Below, piece by piece: positions 7,776 to 16,217 of a DNA stretch of 32,666 nt; positions within the stretch are counted from its first letter, which is position 1, and every line of letters begins with the position of its first letter. Below the pieces are notes generated by a model, which did no database searches, was not told the origin of the DNA, and saw only the letters and a list, made by a program, of their open reading frames with translations. The DNA lies in NCBI GenBank assembly GCA_037441385.1, contig JBBISH010000076.1:1-32666 (forward strand), read 5' to 3'. The position numbers and the translations under genes are program-made. This stretch comes from Myxococcales bacterium. Its GTDB lineage: Bacteria; Myxococcota_A; UBA9042.

Positions 7776-8462
7776 GTGGACAAGTTGGGCAAGCTGTTCG
7801 AGCAGGGCGGACCGACCCTGTACGTGATTGCCGCAGTCGCGGCCCTGGGTTGCGGGCTGTTCATCGAGCGCTTCTTTGCCGTGCGCGGGCTGGTGCAACA
7901 GGCGCGGGCGGTCGATCGGCGTCTGCGCGACCTGACCGCCGCGGGCAACGTCGCCGACGTGCTGGCTGCCTGCAATCGTGCGCCGTCGGGCCTGGCGACG
8001 GTGTTGACGCGCGGTGTAGAGGCGGCGCTGCGCCGCGAGCCCGCCGAGTTGCTGTTTGCACAGATGACCCGCGAAGGTCGCCGGCTGGTGATGGACATTC
8101 GCCGCGGCCTGGGCCTGCTCGCCACCTTGGGCACGATGTCGCCGTTCTTGGGCCTGTTCGGCACCGTGCTGGGCATCATGGCGGCGCTCAAGAAGATCGG
8201 CGAAACGGGCGTGAGCGGCCTGGACGTGGTGGCCGGCGGCGTGGGCGAAGCGCTGGTCGACACGGCGGCCGGCATCCTGGTGGCGATCTGTATGGTGCTG
8301 CTGCACCAGATCCTCAAGGCGCGGATGGCCAAGGCGGTGCTCGAGATCCAGATCTTGGTCGAAGACGCCGCCGACGATTTTGCCCGTCTGGGTCCGCAGA
8401 TCGGCAAGGCCGCCGAAACCGCCCCCGCCACGGAGGCCGCACGTGCGCAATCCGCAGGGTGA
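7776..8462 (+). CDS. MotA/TolQ/ExbB proton-channel protein (set 1)
   Basis: AAGGAG then GTG 7776. Three TM segments, SPFLGLFGTVLGIM and GVGEALVDTAAG motifs. Confidence 0.92.
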   Translation: MDKLGKLFEQGGPTLYVIAAVAALGCGLFIERFFAVRGLVQQARAVDRRLRDLTAAGNVADVLAACNRAPSGLATVLTRGVEAALRREPAELLFAQMTREGRRLVMDIRRGLGLLATLGTMSPFLGLFGTVLGIMAALKKIGETGVSGLDVVAGGVGEALVDTAAGILVAICMVLLHQILKARMAKAVLEIQILVEDAADDFARLGPQIGKAAETAPATEAARAQSAG

Positions 8463-8901
8463 TTGGGGCGAGTCGCCCGAGCTAGACGCTGGCGAGGCGG
8501 TGGAGCTGAACCTGACGTCGCTGGTCGACGTGGTGCTGGTGCTGCTCGTCACCTTCATGGTCTCGACGTCGGCCATCGTCGACCGCGATCGCGCCCAACA
8601 AGCGCAAGGCCAGGTGGATCTGCAGCTGCCCACAGGTTCTACGCCCACCACCCAAGTGGCCCACGCCGAGGTCACGGTCCAGGTCGACGCCGACGGCCAA
8701 CTCTTTGTGAGTGGCCAGCCCACCGAATGGCGGTCGCTGACCAAGGATCTGGTAGAAAAACTGGCGAAAGACGGCGAGTTGCAGGTGCGGGTCGACGCGG
8801 ACCAGCGTTTGCCGGTACAAAAGGCCGTAGAGGTGCTGGAGCAGCTGCAGGGTCTGGGGATCCACAACGTGGGCTTGGGCACCAAAGGCAAGGCGCAATA
8901 G
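8443..8901 (+). CDS. ExbD/TolR family protein (set 1)
   Basis: ELNLTSLVDVVLVLLVTFMV with the essential TM Asp, and VDAD. GTG 8443 overlaps the exbB 3' end; the start is approximate. Confidence 0.9.
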   Translation: MRNPQGDWGESPELDAGEAVELNLTSLVDVVLVLLVTFMVSTSAIVDRDRAQQAQGQVDLQLPTGSTPTTQVAHAEVTVQVDADGQLFVSGQPTEWRSLTKDLVEKLAKDGELQVRVDADQRLPVQKAVEVLEQLQGLGIHNVGLGTKGKAQ

Positions 8902-8932
8902 GTCGTTGCGTGGCGCCGCGGGGGAGTGGAGC

Positions 8933-9973
8933 ATGTCGACGCCTGACGGGAACCGCCGCCTCAAAGCCATCATGTTCACCGACATCAAGGGCTACTCCTC
9001 GATGATGGGCCAGGACGAGGCCCGTACCGTCAAGGCCGTGCTAGAACATCGCGAGATCGTGCGCGAGTGCCTGGCCCGCCACGACGGCGAAGAGCACGAG
9101 ACCATCGGCGACGCGTTTGTGGTGCTGTTCGATTCGGTGGTGAACGCCGTGCGCTGCGGTGCGGACATCCAAGCCCACTTGGCCGAGCGCAACAGCAAAC
9201 TGCCGCCCGAAGAGCAGGTCTGGCTGCGCATCGGCATCCACCTGGGCGACATCATCCTGCAGGGCGACGGCATCTACGGCGACGGCGTCAACGTGGCGGC
9301 GCGCGTCCAAGACAAGGCCGAACCGGGCGGCATTTCGATTACCGAACAGGTCTTTTTGCAGATCGATGGCAAGGTGGACCTGCCGATCGAGGCACAGGGC
9401 AAGGTCGACCTGAAGAACATCCGCAACCCGCCCAGCCTGTATCGCCTCAAGCTCGACGGCACCAAGGCCGCGCCACACGACCCGCCGGCGCACAAGCAGC
9501 CTTGGTGGCTGGTGATTTTGCTGGCGGTGCTGGCCGTGGGCGGCGCCGGCATGTGGTACTTGGTGGGGCGTGCCGCGCCCGCGCCTGCGCCCGTGCCCAC
9601 GCCGGTGGTCATCCAGACGGCCGCACCGGTGGCACCGGCGGCCACTGCGCCTGCGGGGGACGAAAGGCGCGCTGCCGCCGGCCGCAAAATCAACGCCGCC
9701 ATGGCCGCTCAGGGCCAGGCCCGGATCGACCTGCTCCGCGAGGCATTGGCACTCGACCCCGAGAACGCCGCAGTGCAGAATATGTTGGCAATGGCCATGG
9801 CCAACGCCGCGGGGCCCAGCGCAGCGCCCCCGGCCGCCAGCACGGCAACCGCAGCGCCGGCGGCCCCATCGGCGGCCAGTGCCCCAGCGGTCAAGGCAAC
9901 GGCGCCACGCGCCAAGGCGGGCGGAAATGTCGAAGGCGAAACCCGAATCAAGCGCGCGACCGTGGTCGATTAG
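8933..9973 (+). CDS. Membrane-anchored class III nucleotidyl cyclase, probably guanylyl-cyclase type
   Basis: IMFTDIKGYS (Asp17), ETIGDAF (Glu56, Asp60), LRIGIHLGD, GIYGDGVNVAAR (Gly113, Asn120, Arg124), LKNI. Followed by a TM helix, Pro/Ala linker and a TPR-like ALALDPEN segment. Confidence 0.9.
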   Translation: MSTPDGNRRLKAIMFTDIKGYSSMMGQDEARTVKAVLEHREIVRECLARHDGEEHETIGDAFVVLFDSVVNAVRCGADIQAHLAERNSKLPPEEQVWLRIGIHLGDIILQGDGIYGDGVNVAARVQDKAEPGGISITEQVFLQIDGKVDLPIEAQGKVDLKNIRNPPSLYRLKLDGTKAAPHDPPAHKQPWWLVILLAVLAVGGAGMWYLVGRAAPAPAPVPTPVVIQTAAPVAPAATAPAGDERRAAAGRKINAAMAAQGQARIDLLREALALDPENAAVQNMLAMAMANAAGPSAAPPAASTATAAPAAPSAASAPAVKATAPRAKAGGNVEGETRIKRATVVD

Positions 9974-10856
9974 GCGTAGCACGGCGGCGGTGGCCTTGGC
10001 GCTGGCCCTTGCGCAAGTCCTGATGGCGCCGCTGGCCTGGGCTGGCGAGGCCAAACCGATGGGGAGCAAGCAGGCCGCGGCCAAGATCAAAGAAGAAGCC
10101 GCGGCCATCAGCCAGGTCGCCGAAGAAAAGAACAACGCGGGCGATTTTGCCATGTGCGGCGAGCTGTTCCAAAAGGCCTACCGCTTGGATCCCAGCTACT
10201 TGGGTTACTTGTTCAGCGCCGCTCGCTGCGAGCAAAAGGCCGGCCAGCTCGACGCCGCCGAGCGCGACTATCGCCAGTTCATCGCGCGCACGCCGCCCGG
10301 CGACAAGCTGGCAGAAAAGGCCAAGAAGTACCTGGACGAAATCCTGGAAGAGCGCAAGAAGGCGCCGCCAGCGGACGTCAAACCGGCCGACAGCAAACCC
10401 GAGGAAGTCAAACCCGCCGTGACCAAGCCGGCCGAGGTCAAGCCCGCAGAAGGCGACGCAGCGACTCCAGAAGTGACCGTGCCCAAGGCCGCGGAACCCA
10501 AAGTTCCGCAGCAAGTCTGGATGACGGTGATCGGCGGTGCCACACTGGCCGTAGTCGGCGTGGCGCTGATTGGGATCGGCGCGGCGCAGCGCGCGAATTT
10601 GCAGGCAGATTTGACCGCGCAGAGCGATGGTGGTTTGATTACCAGCACAACGCCCGCAGCGGCCCGCGATCGCGAATCCAGTTACCGGACCGCGATGTAC
10701 AGCGGCGCGGCGTGCGTGGCCCTGGGCGCAGCGGCCACCGGTTTCGGGCTTTGGTTGTGGCATGCCGAGCCCGCGCCGCCAGCAGAGGGTGTCAAAGCGG
10801 CCCGGCTTTGGCTTGCGCCCACCCTGAATGGCGCGCAGCTTGGGATCACGTTCTAG
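9927..10856 (+). CDS. Secreted/membrane TPR-repeat protein
   Basis: Signal-like AAVALALALAQVLMAPLAWA, TPR FQKAYRLDP..YLFSAARCEQKAG, VKPA repeats, two hydrophobic segments and terminal GAQLGITF. The start is uncertain (9927 or ~9990). Confidence 0.8.
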   Translation: MSKAKPESSARPWSIRRSTAAVALALALAQVLMAPLAWAGEAKPMGSKQAAAKIKEEAAAISQVAEEKNNAGDFAMCGELFQKAYRLDPSYLGYLFSAARCEQKAGQLDAAERDYRQFIARTPPGDKLAEKAKKYLDEILEERKKAPPADVKPADSKPEEVKPAVTKPAEVKPAEGDAATPEVTVPKAAEPKVPQQVWMTVIGGATLAVVGVALIGIGAAQRANLQADLTAQSDGGLITSTTPAAARDRESSYRTAMYSGAACVALGAAATGFGLWLWHAEPAPPAEGVKAARLWLAPTLNGAQLGITF

Positions 10857-10886
10857 CGGCATTCTTGTGAATTGGAGCGAAGTTGC

Positions 10887-12203
10887 ATGTTTGCACGTTC
10901 GACCGGCGCGACCCATCCAGGCTTGGTGCGCACTGAAAATGCCGACGGCTTTGTGGCCGACGATCATTGCGGCCTGTACGTGGTGGCAGACGGGGCTCGG
11001 GGTGCCGCCGGTGAGTTCGCCGCGCGCCTGTTTCTGCAGGGAGCCGAGCAGCAAGCCGCACACCTGGCACAAGTCGCCGCCGCGGCCCTGCGCGACAGCG
11101 ATCCCGGCCGTGGTCGCCGGGCCGTGCTCGACGCGCTGACCCAGTTGTTTCAGAACATCAACGCCGAGATCTACAACTGGGCCCACGACCGGGCCGAACT
11201 GCGCGGGGCCTCGACCACGGCCACGTTGGCGCTGTTGGATGGTCGGGGCGCGTACATCGCCCATGTTGGTGACTCGCGGCTGTATTTGCAGCACGGCGTG
11301 GAGCTGCGGCAGCTGACTGCCGACCACACCATGGCCGAAGAGCTGATTCGCCTGGGCCAGCTAAAGCGGGACGAGGCCGACGGTTTCCGCTACCGGGGTG
11401 TGGTGAGCCGCATCCTGGGCGAGCGCGCGTTGTGCCGCCCAGACCTGGCGTACATCGACGTCACGCCGGGTGCCCACTTGCTGCTGTGCAGCGATGGCCT
11501 GACCGACTACGTCCCTGATCGCGATCTGGTGTCGCTGCTGAGCCGGCCGGCCCAGGACCTGAGCCAGCCGCTGGTGGACTTGGCGCTGCGCAATGGCGGC
11601 GGCGACAACGTGACGGCCGTGGTGGTGACGATCGCGCCGACCAGCGAGCCGCGCACCGTGGTCTCGACCGTGCCAGGCACGTTCCAAGCCACGCAGAACT
11701 TGGACCTGTTGGCAGGCCTCAGCTTCTGTCAGCACCTGTCGCGCGACGAGCTGATGAAGGTGCTGCGCTACGTGCACGAGGTGCAACTGCTCCCGGGCGC
11801 AGTGGTTTTCCGCGAAGGCGAAGAGGGGCAGGATCTGTTCCTGGTGGTCAGCGGGTCGCTGCAGGTCGAAGTGGGGCGTCAGCCAGTCAACCAGTTGGGC
11901 CCCGGCGCACATTTTGGCGAGATCGCTCTAGTTTCCGGCCAGCCGCGCTCGGCCACGGTGGTGGCCAAAGAACCGACCCGCCTGCTGCGTTTGTGCCGCG
12001 AGGACTTCTATGACCTGAGCCAGCGCGACCAGGGCGTGGCGGTCAAAATCCTTTGGTCGTTCGCCCAGACCTTGGCGGGCCGGGTGACGGGGCTATCCAA
12101 AGAAGTCGCCGAGTTCAAGAAGCACGGCATCGCGCTCTCCGCGGACCACACCATGGACGTCAAGATGATCCACGTGCCGCGGAGCCCAGCTGAAAAGAAA
12201 TAG
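10887..12203 (+). CDS. PP2C (PPM) Ser/Thr phosphatase fused to a C-terminal cyclic-nucleotide-binding domain
   Basis: GLVRTENAD, VVADG, AHVGDSRLY, LLCSDGL and GGGDNVT, then VFREGEEG and FGEIALVSGQPRSATV phosphate-binding cassette. Confidence 0.93.
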   Translation: MFARSTGATHPGLVRTENADGFVADDHCGLYVVADGARGAAGEFAARLFLQGAEQQAAHLAQVAAAALRDSDPGRGRRAVLDALTQLFQNINAEIYNWAHDRAELRGASTTATLALLDGRGAYIAHVGDSRLYLQHGVELRQLTADHTMAEELIRLGQLKRDEADGFRYRGVVSRILGERALCRPDLAYIDVTPGAHLLLCSDGLTDYVPDRDLVSLLSRPAQDLSQPLVDLALRNGGGDNVTAVVVTIAPTSEPRTVVSTVPGTFQATQNLDLLAGLSFCQHLSRDELMKVLRYVHEVQLLPGAVVFREGEEGQDLFLVVSGSLQVEVGRQPVNQLGPGAHFGEIALVSGQPRSATVVAKEPTRLLRLCREDFYDLSQRDQGVAVKILWSFAQTLAGRVTGLSKEVAEFKKHGIALSADHTMDVKMIHVPRSPAEKK

Positions 12204-12209
12204 CGGGAG

Positions 12210-12294
12210 CTAGGAGCCTGTCGGCAAAATGGGCGACACGACATGTCCATTTAGTTATACATTATGATCTTATTGGGTGCCGCCAGTCTCCTAG
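12210..12294. mobile_element. MITE-like element with CTAG flanks
   Basis: CTAG-GAGCCTGTCGGCA ... TGCCGCCAGTCTC-CTAG: 11/13 terminal inverted repeat, CTAG on both sides, AT-rich interior. Confidence 0.55.
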
Positions 12295-12309
12295 CCTTTT
12301 TCGTTTGTC

Positions 12310-12359
12310 CAACTGGCCGAAAATCGCCCGAAGTGAATTCGTGCGATTTCAGCCAGTTG
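12310..12359. repeat. Imperfect palindrome/hairpin
   Basis: CAACTGGCCGAAAATCGCCCGAA versus reverse complement of the right arm CAACTGGCTG-AAATCGCACGAA. Confidence 0.6.
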
Positions 12360-12379
12360 CCGCCGCGCAAGACGCGGCG

Positions 12380-12416
12380 CTAGGATTGTGCCGGGATTAT
12401 CCCGACACGCTCCTGG
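12380..12416. repeat. Short palindrome related to the 12210 element ends
   Basis: CTAGGATTGTGCCGGGA-tta-TCCCGACACGCTCCTGG (13/17). The reverse complement of the right arm, CCAGGAGCGTGTCGGGA, matches CTAGGAGCCTGTCGGCA at 14/17. Confidence 0.5.
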
Positions 12417-12509
12417 AGAGCGGATCAATTAAGACTTTCTCCGTACATCCGAACCTTCGAACTCGGCGCGGCGAGTCGCTGAAGGCGCTCGTTTGCGCCC
12501 CACTTGGGG

Positions 12510-12571
12510 CTAGAGACGCGGCCGGAAGATGTAGTTACTGAACAAATGAGCAGTAATTGGTCGCGTCTCTA
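12510..12571. repeat. Palindromic element anchored on the rel TAG stop
   Basis: TAGAGACGCGGCC versus reverse complement of the right end TAGAGACGCGACC (12/13), plus inner TTACTG/CAGTAA stem. The right arm contains the rel stop codon. Confidence 0.6.
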
Positions 12572-14833
12572 CCCGCGCAACCGCTCGACCCGCGACACGC
12601 CCTTGATCCGCCCCAGCGACGAGATGACGCCGTTGAGTTGGCTGACGTTGTTCACCATGACCTCGAAGTCGTTGATCGCACGGCGTCCGTCGATGACCCG
12701 GCAGTGCGCGGCCTGGATGTCGACCCCGGACTCGGTAAAGCGCTGGCTCATCGCTGCCAAAAGACCAGGCGTGTTCTCGGTGTAGACGCGCACGGTCACC
12801 ACTGCGCCGCTGCCGGTGTCCGTATTCCAGCCGCAGTCCAAGCGCCGCATCGCGTCGGCTTCTAGCACCTTGGGGCAGCCGCGCTGGTGCACGGTGATGC
12901 CGCGGCCGCGGGTGACGACGCCGATGACCGGATCGCCCGGAACCGGCGAACAGCACTTGCCAAAACGCACCAGCACGTCGTCCAGGCCGTCCACAACGAT
13001 GGTGGCGCCGCTGGTCTTTTGCTTGCGCGGCCGTTTGATCGCCTCGGCAATCGCATCGGGCTCGGCCGGCTTGGCGGTGGGGAACAGCGTCTGGGCCGCC
13101 TTGTCGGCATCGGCCTTGCCAAAGCCGATGGCCACCAGCAGGTCTTCCCAGCTCGACACGCCGGCCGACGCCAGCACTTCGGCCAGCTTTTCGTGCTCTT
13201 GCGCGCGGGCCATCGAACACTTGAGGCGGCGGAGCGCCTTTTCCAGCAGGTCACTGCCGATCTCGTGGGCACGGGTGCGCTGCTCGGCGTGGACAAAGGC
13301 GCGGATGCGGTTCTTGGCCTTGGCGGTCGCGACAAATTCCAACCAGTCTTGGCTGGGTTGCGCGTCTTGCCGGGTCATGATGTCCACGACGTTGCCGTTG
13401 CGCAGCTGGTGGCGCAGCGGGACGATCACGCCGTCGACCTTGGCGCCGACGCAGCGCTCGCCCACCTTGCCGTGGATGGCAAACGCAAAATCCACCGGCG
13501 TAGCGCCGCGCGGCAGCACCTTGACGTCGCCCTTGGGCGTAAAGGTGTAGACCTCGTCGTTGAAGAGGTCGACCTTCATCGTCTCCAAGAACTCGTCCGA
13601 GTCCTTGACGCCCGTGTGCCACTCCAAGAGCTGCTTCAGCCAGGCAAAGCGCTCTTCGTCGCGCAGCCGCAGCGACTCGCCGCGCTCTTTGTACTTCCAG
13701 TGCGCCGCCACACCTTCCTCGGCGAAGCGGTGCATATCGTGGGTGCGAATCTGCACTTCGATGCGCTCGGCGCGCGGGCCGATCACCGCCGTGTGCAGCG
13801 ACTGGTAGCGGTTCGACTTGGGCAGTGCGATGTAATCCTTGAAGCGCCCCGGGATCGGCTTCCAATGGCCGTGCACCGCGCCCAGCGCCTGGTAGCACTC
13901 CTTGACGTCATTGACCAAGATGCGGAAGCCCTGGGCGTCGTAGATCTGCTCGTACGGCACCTTGCCCTTCTCCATCTTGTGCCAGATGCCGTACAGGTGC
14001 TTGGGGCGGCCGTACACGCTGGCGTGGCCAAGGCCCTCGGTTTCCATCAGTTCGTGGATCTCGGCCACCACTTCGTTGACGTAGGCCTGCCGCTCGGCCT
14101 GGCGCTGACCCACGGTAAAGGCAAGTTGCCGATACTCTTCGGGATACAGGTGGCGGAAGCACAAGTCTTCCAGCTGCGCCTTCATCCAGCCGATGCCCAG
14201 GCGATTGGCCAGCGGGCTATAGATCTCGGTGGTTTCTTGGGCGATGCGTTTCTGACTCTCGGGCTTCATGTGCTCGAGCGTCGTCATATTGTGCAGTCGA
14301 TCCGCCAGCTTGGTCAGCAACACGCGGATGTCGCGCGACATGGCCACGAGCATCTTGCGGAAGTTTTCGGCCTGTTTGTGCTCCTGGCTGGAGAACTTGA
14401 TTTTGTCGAGCTTGGTCACCCCATCGACAATCAGCGCGATTTCAGGGGTAAAGCGGCGCGAGATCTCCTCGATCGTGACCACCGTGTCTTCGGCGACGTC
14501 GTGGAGCAGGCCAGCGCAGACCGATGCCACGTCCAGCCGCAGGCGCGTGAGCAAAAATGCTACAGCGACCGGGTGGGCAAAGTACGGCTCGCCGCTCTTG
14601 CGAAACTGACCGCCGTGGCTGTGGGCCGCAAAGGCGTAGGCGCGGCGCAACATGGCGAAATCGCTGTCGGGTAGGTAACTCCGCAGCGTCGCAACGAGCT
14701 CTTCGACCGTGGGTACGCCGTCGATGACAATGGGCTCGTACAGGGGGTCTTCGGCGGTCGCACTGGCAGCCAGACCAGGACCGGCACCGGCACCGTCAGC
14801 CGGCGCGACCGCTGATTCGCTAAGATCCTTCAT
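12569..14833 (-). CDS. rel: Bifunctional (p)ppGpp synthetase/hydrolase (long RSH)
   Basis: RKSGEPYFAHP, HD motif LLHDVAEDT, KLADRLHNM, RFKDYI, YQSLHT, EVQIRT, TGS (FTPKG...DFAFAIH), CCSPVPGD zinc finger and C-terminal ACT. Confidence 0.97.
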   Translation of the reverse strand: MKDLSESAVAPADGAGAGPGLAASATAEDPLYEPIVIDGVPTVEELVATLRSYLPDSDFAMLRRAYAFAAHSHGGQFRKSGEPYFAHPVAVAFLLTRLRLDVASVCAGLLHDVAEDTVVTIEEISRRFTPEIALIVDGVTKLDKIKFSSQEHKQAENFRKMLVAMSRDIRVLLTKLADRLHNMTTLEHMKPESQKRIAQETTEIYSPLANRLGIGWMKAQLEDLCFRHLYPEEYRQLAFTVGQRQAERQAYVNEVVAEIHELMETEGLGHASVYGRPKHLYGIWHKMEKGKVPYEQIYDAQGFRILVNDVKECYQALGAVHGHWKPIPGRFKDYIALPKSNRYQSLHTAVIGPRAERIEVQIRTHDMHRFAEEGVAAHWKYKERGESLRLRDEERFAWLKQLLEWHTGVKDSDEFLETMKVDLFNDEVYTFTPKGDVKVLPRGATPVDFAFAIHGKVGERCVGAKVDGVIVPLRHQLRNGNVVDIMTRQDAQPSQDWLEFVATAKAKNRIRAFVHAEQRTRAHEIGSDLLEKALRRLKCSMARAQEHEKLAEVLASAGVSSWEDLLVAIGFGKADADKAAQTLFPTAKPAEPDAIAEAIKRPRKQKTSGATIVVDGLDDVLVRFGKCCSPVPGDPVIGVVTRGRGITVHQRGCPKVLEADAMRRLDCGWNTDTGSGAVVTVRVYTENTPGLLAAMSQRFTESGVDIQAAHCRVIDGRRAINDFEVMVNNVSQLNGVISSLGRIKGVSRVERLRG

Positions 14834-15092
14834 GGGTTAGGGGTCCTCCCCGGCTGCCGAACCAAAGGCCTGTGCGGGCGGGAGTTCGGCGCGCTCCCGC
14901 ACCCCCAGCTTGCATACGTTCGGGCCGCCTGTCACCATTTTCGCCGCGACCGAGTCCTGCGCTCGCTCAATCGTGCGGCCAATGGAGCGGCAAAACGCGG
15001 CGCAACCTTGTTCGGCCTGCGCTCATCCAATCATTTGGGCCGCCCGAACCGGGCCATGCCCAGCCCCCATGGGCGACCAGGGAAACAGGAAA

Positions 15093-15755
15093 ATGACCGA
15101 AAGACTTGCAGTTTTCTTCGATCAGGTGGGTGCCGAGTGGGTGCTGTGGCTGCTCATGGTGCTGGCGATCGGGTCGATCGCGGTGACGATCGAGCGACTT
15201 CTGTTCCTGTGGCAAAATCGGACACCGATCGGTGATCTGGAGCCGAAGCTGCTCAAGGCCCTGGATCGCTCGCCGGCCGAGGCGATGGCCTTGCTCAAGC
15301 CATACCAGGGCATGGAAGCCCGCGTGGTGCTTGCCGGTTTGCAGGAAATGCATCGCGGGCCCGAAGCGGTGCAAGAAGTCATGAACGCCGTGATCGCCGT
15401 GGAGCGCAAGCGCTACGAACGGTTCTTGATCTACCTGTCGTCGCTAGGCGCCAACGCCCCGTTCATCGGCCTGCTGGGCACCGTCATCGGAATCTTGGGC
15501 GCGTTTGCGAACTTGAAGCAGCAGGTGGGCGCGGGAGGTTCGCGACAGGCGCTGATCATGGGCTCGATCTCGGAGGCGTTGGTCGCGACCGCGGTGGGCC
15601 TGTTCGTGGCGATTCCTGCTGTCATTGCCTACAACTGGCTCCGCACGCAGGTGAAGAACACGGTGATGAACACCGACGCCCTGGAAGCGATCCTGATGGC
15701 GCACCTGAAGACCGCGCCACAGGGCAAGGCGGCTAGCTCGGCCAAGGGGGACTAG
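15093..15755 (+). CDS. exbB: MotA/TolQ/ExbB proton-channel protein (set 2)
   Basis: AGGA RBS then ATG 15093. NAPFIGLLGTVIGI and ISEALVATAVGLFVAIPA motifs. Confidence 0.92.
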   Translation: MTERLAVFFDQVGAEWVLWLLMVLAIGSIAVTIERLLFLWQNRTPIGDLEPKLLKALDRSPAEAMALLKPYQGMEARVVLAGLQEMHRGPEAVQEVMNAVIAVERKRYERFLIYLSSLGANAPFIGLLGTVIGILGAFANLKQQVGAGGSRQALIMGSISEALVATAVGLFVAIPAVIAYNWLRTQVKNTVMNTDALEAILMAHLKTAPQGKAASSAKGD

Positions 15756-15758
15756 ATC

Positions 15759-16184
15759 ATGGCTGGGAAAATGAGCAGCGACGACGATGTGTTGTCGGAG
15801 ATCAACGTCACGCCGCTGGTCGACATCATGCTGGTGCTGCTGATCATCTTCATGCTGACTAACGAAGAAGTCAGCGAAAAGATGAAGAAAGCCCAGATCG
15901 ACATCGATCTGCCCAAAGCCGCAAGTGCCGAGCAGAAACCGAGCAAGCCGCTGTCGATCGTGGTGAGCAAGGAAGGCAAGCTGTTCTTGAATGGCAATCC
16001 CGTGGATGCGCTGGGGCTGCAGCAGGCCGTCAAGGTGGCGGTGGCCGAAAACCCGGGGATCGAAGCGATCTTGTCGGCCGATCGGCGCGTCAGCCATGGC
16101 GACGTGGTGCGGGTGATCGACCAAGTTCGCCAGATGGGCGTCGAAAAGGTGGCGGTCAATACCAAGGAGCAAGAGATCGAGTAG
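15759..16184 (+). CDS. exbD: ExbD/TolR family protein (set 2)
   Basis: SEINVTPLVDIMLVLLIIFM, IDLPKA, ILSADRRVSHGDVVRVID. Confidence 0.95.
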   Translation: MAGKMSSDDDVLSEINVTPLVDIMLVLLIIFMLTNEEVSEKMKKAQIDIDLPKAASAEQKPSKPLSIVVSKEGKLFLNGNPVDALGLQQAVKVAVAENPGIEAILSADRRVSHGDVVRVIDQVRQMGVEKVAVNTKEQEIE

Positions 16185-16217
16185 CAGGAGCCGGCCAGCC
16201 GGCAGCAGGGAACAATC

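Noticed and set aside
7644..8891. N-terminal ~415 aa of the 760-aa minus-strand ORF, suggesting a large DHH fusion
   Set aside because: It is the antisense shadow of exbB/exbD. DHH motifs begin only after ~7643, where a GTG with an RBS exists.
12245..12272. dif-like sequence (minus strand CATAATGTATA matches the E. coli dif core)
   Set aside because: The normally best-conserved XerD arm TTATGTTAAAT is not present (ACTAAATGGAC instead).
12201..12571. CRISPR array or toxin-antitoxin sRNA locus
   Set aside because: There are no identical repeats with regular spacers, no cas genes, and no credible small hydrophobic ORF.
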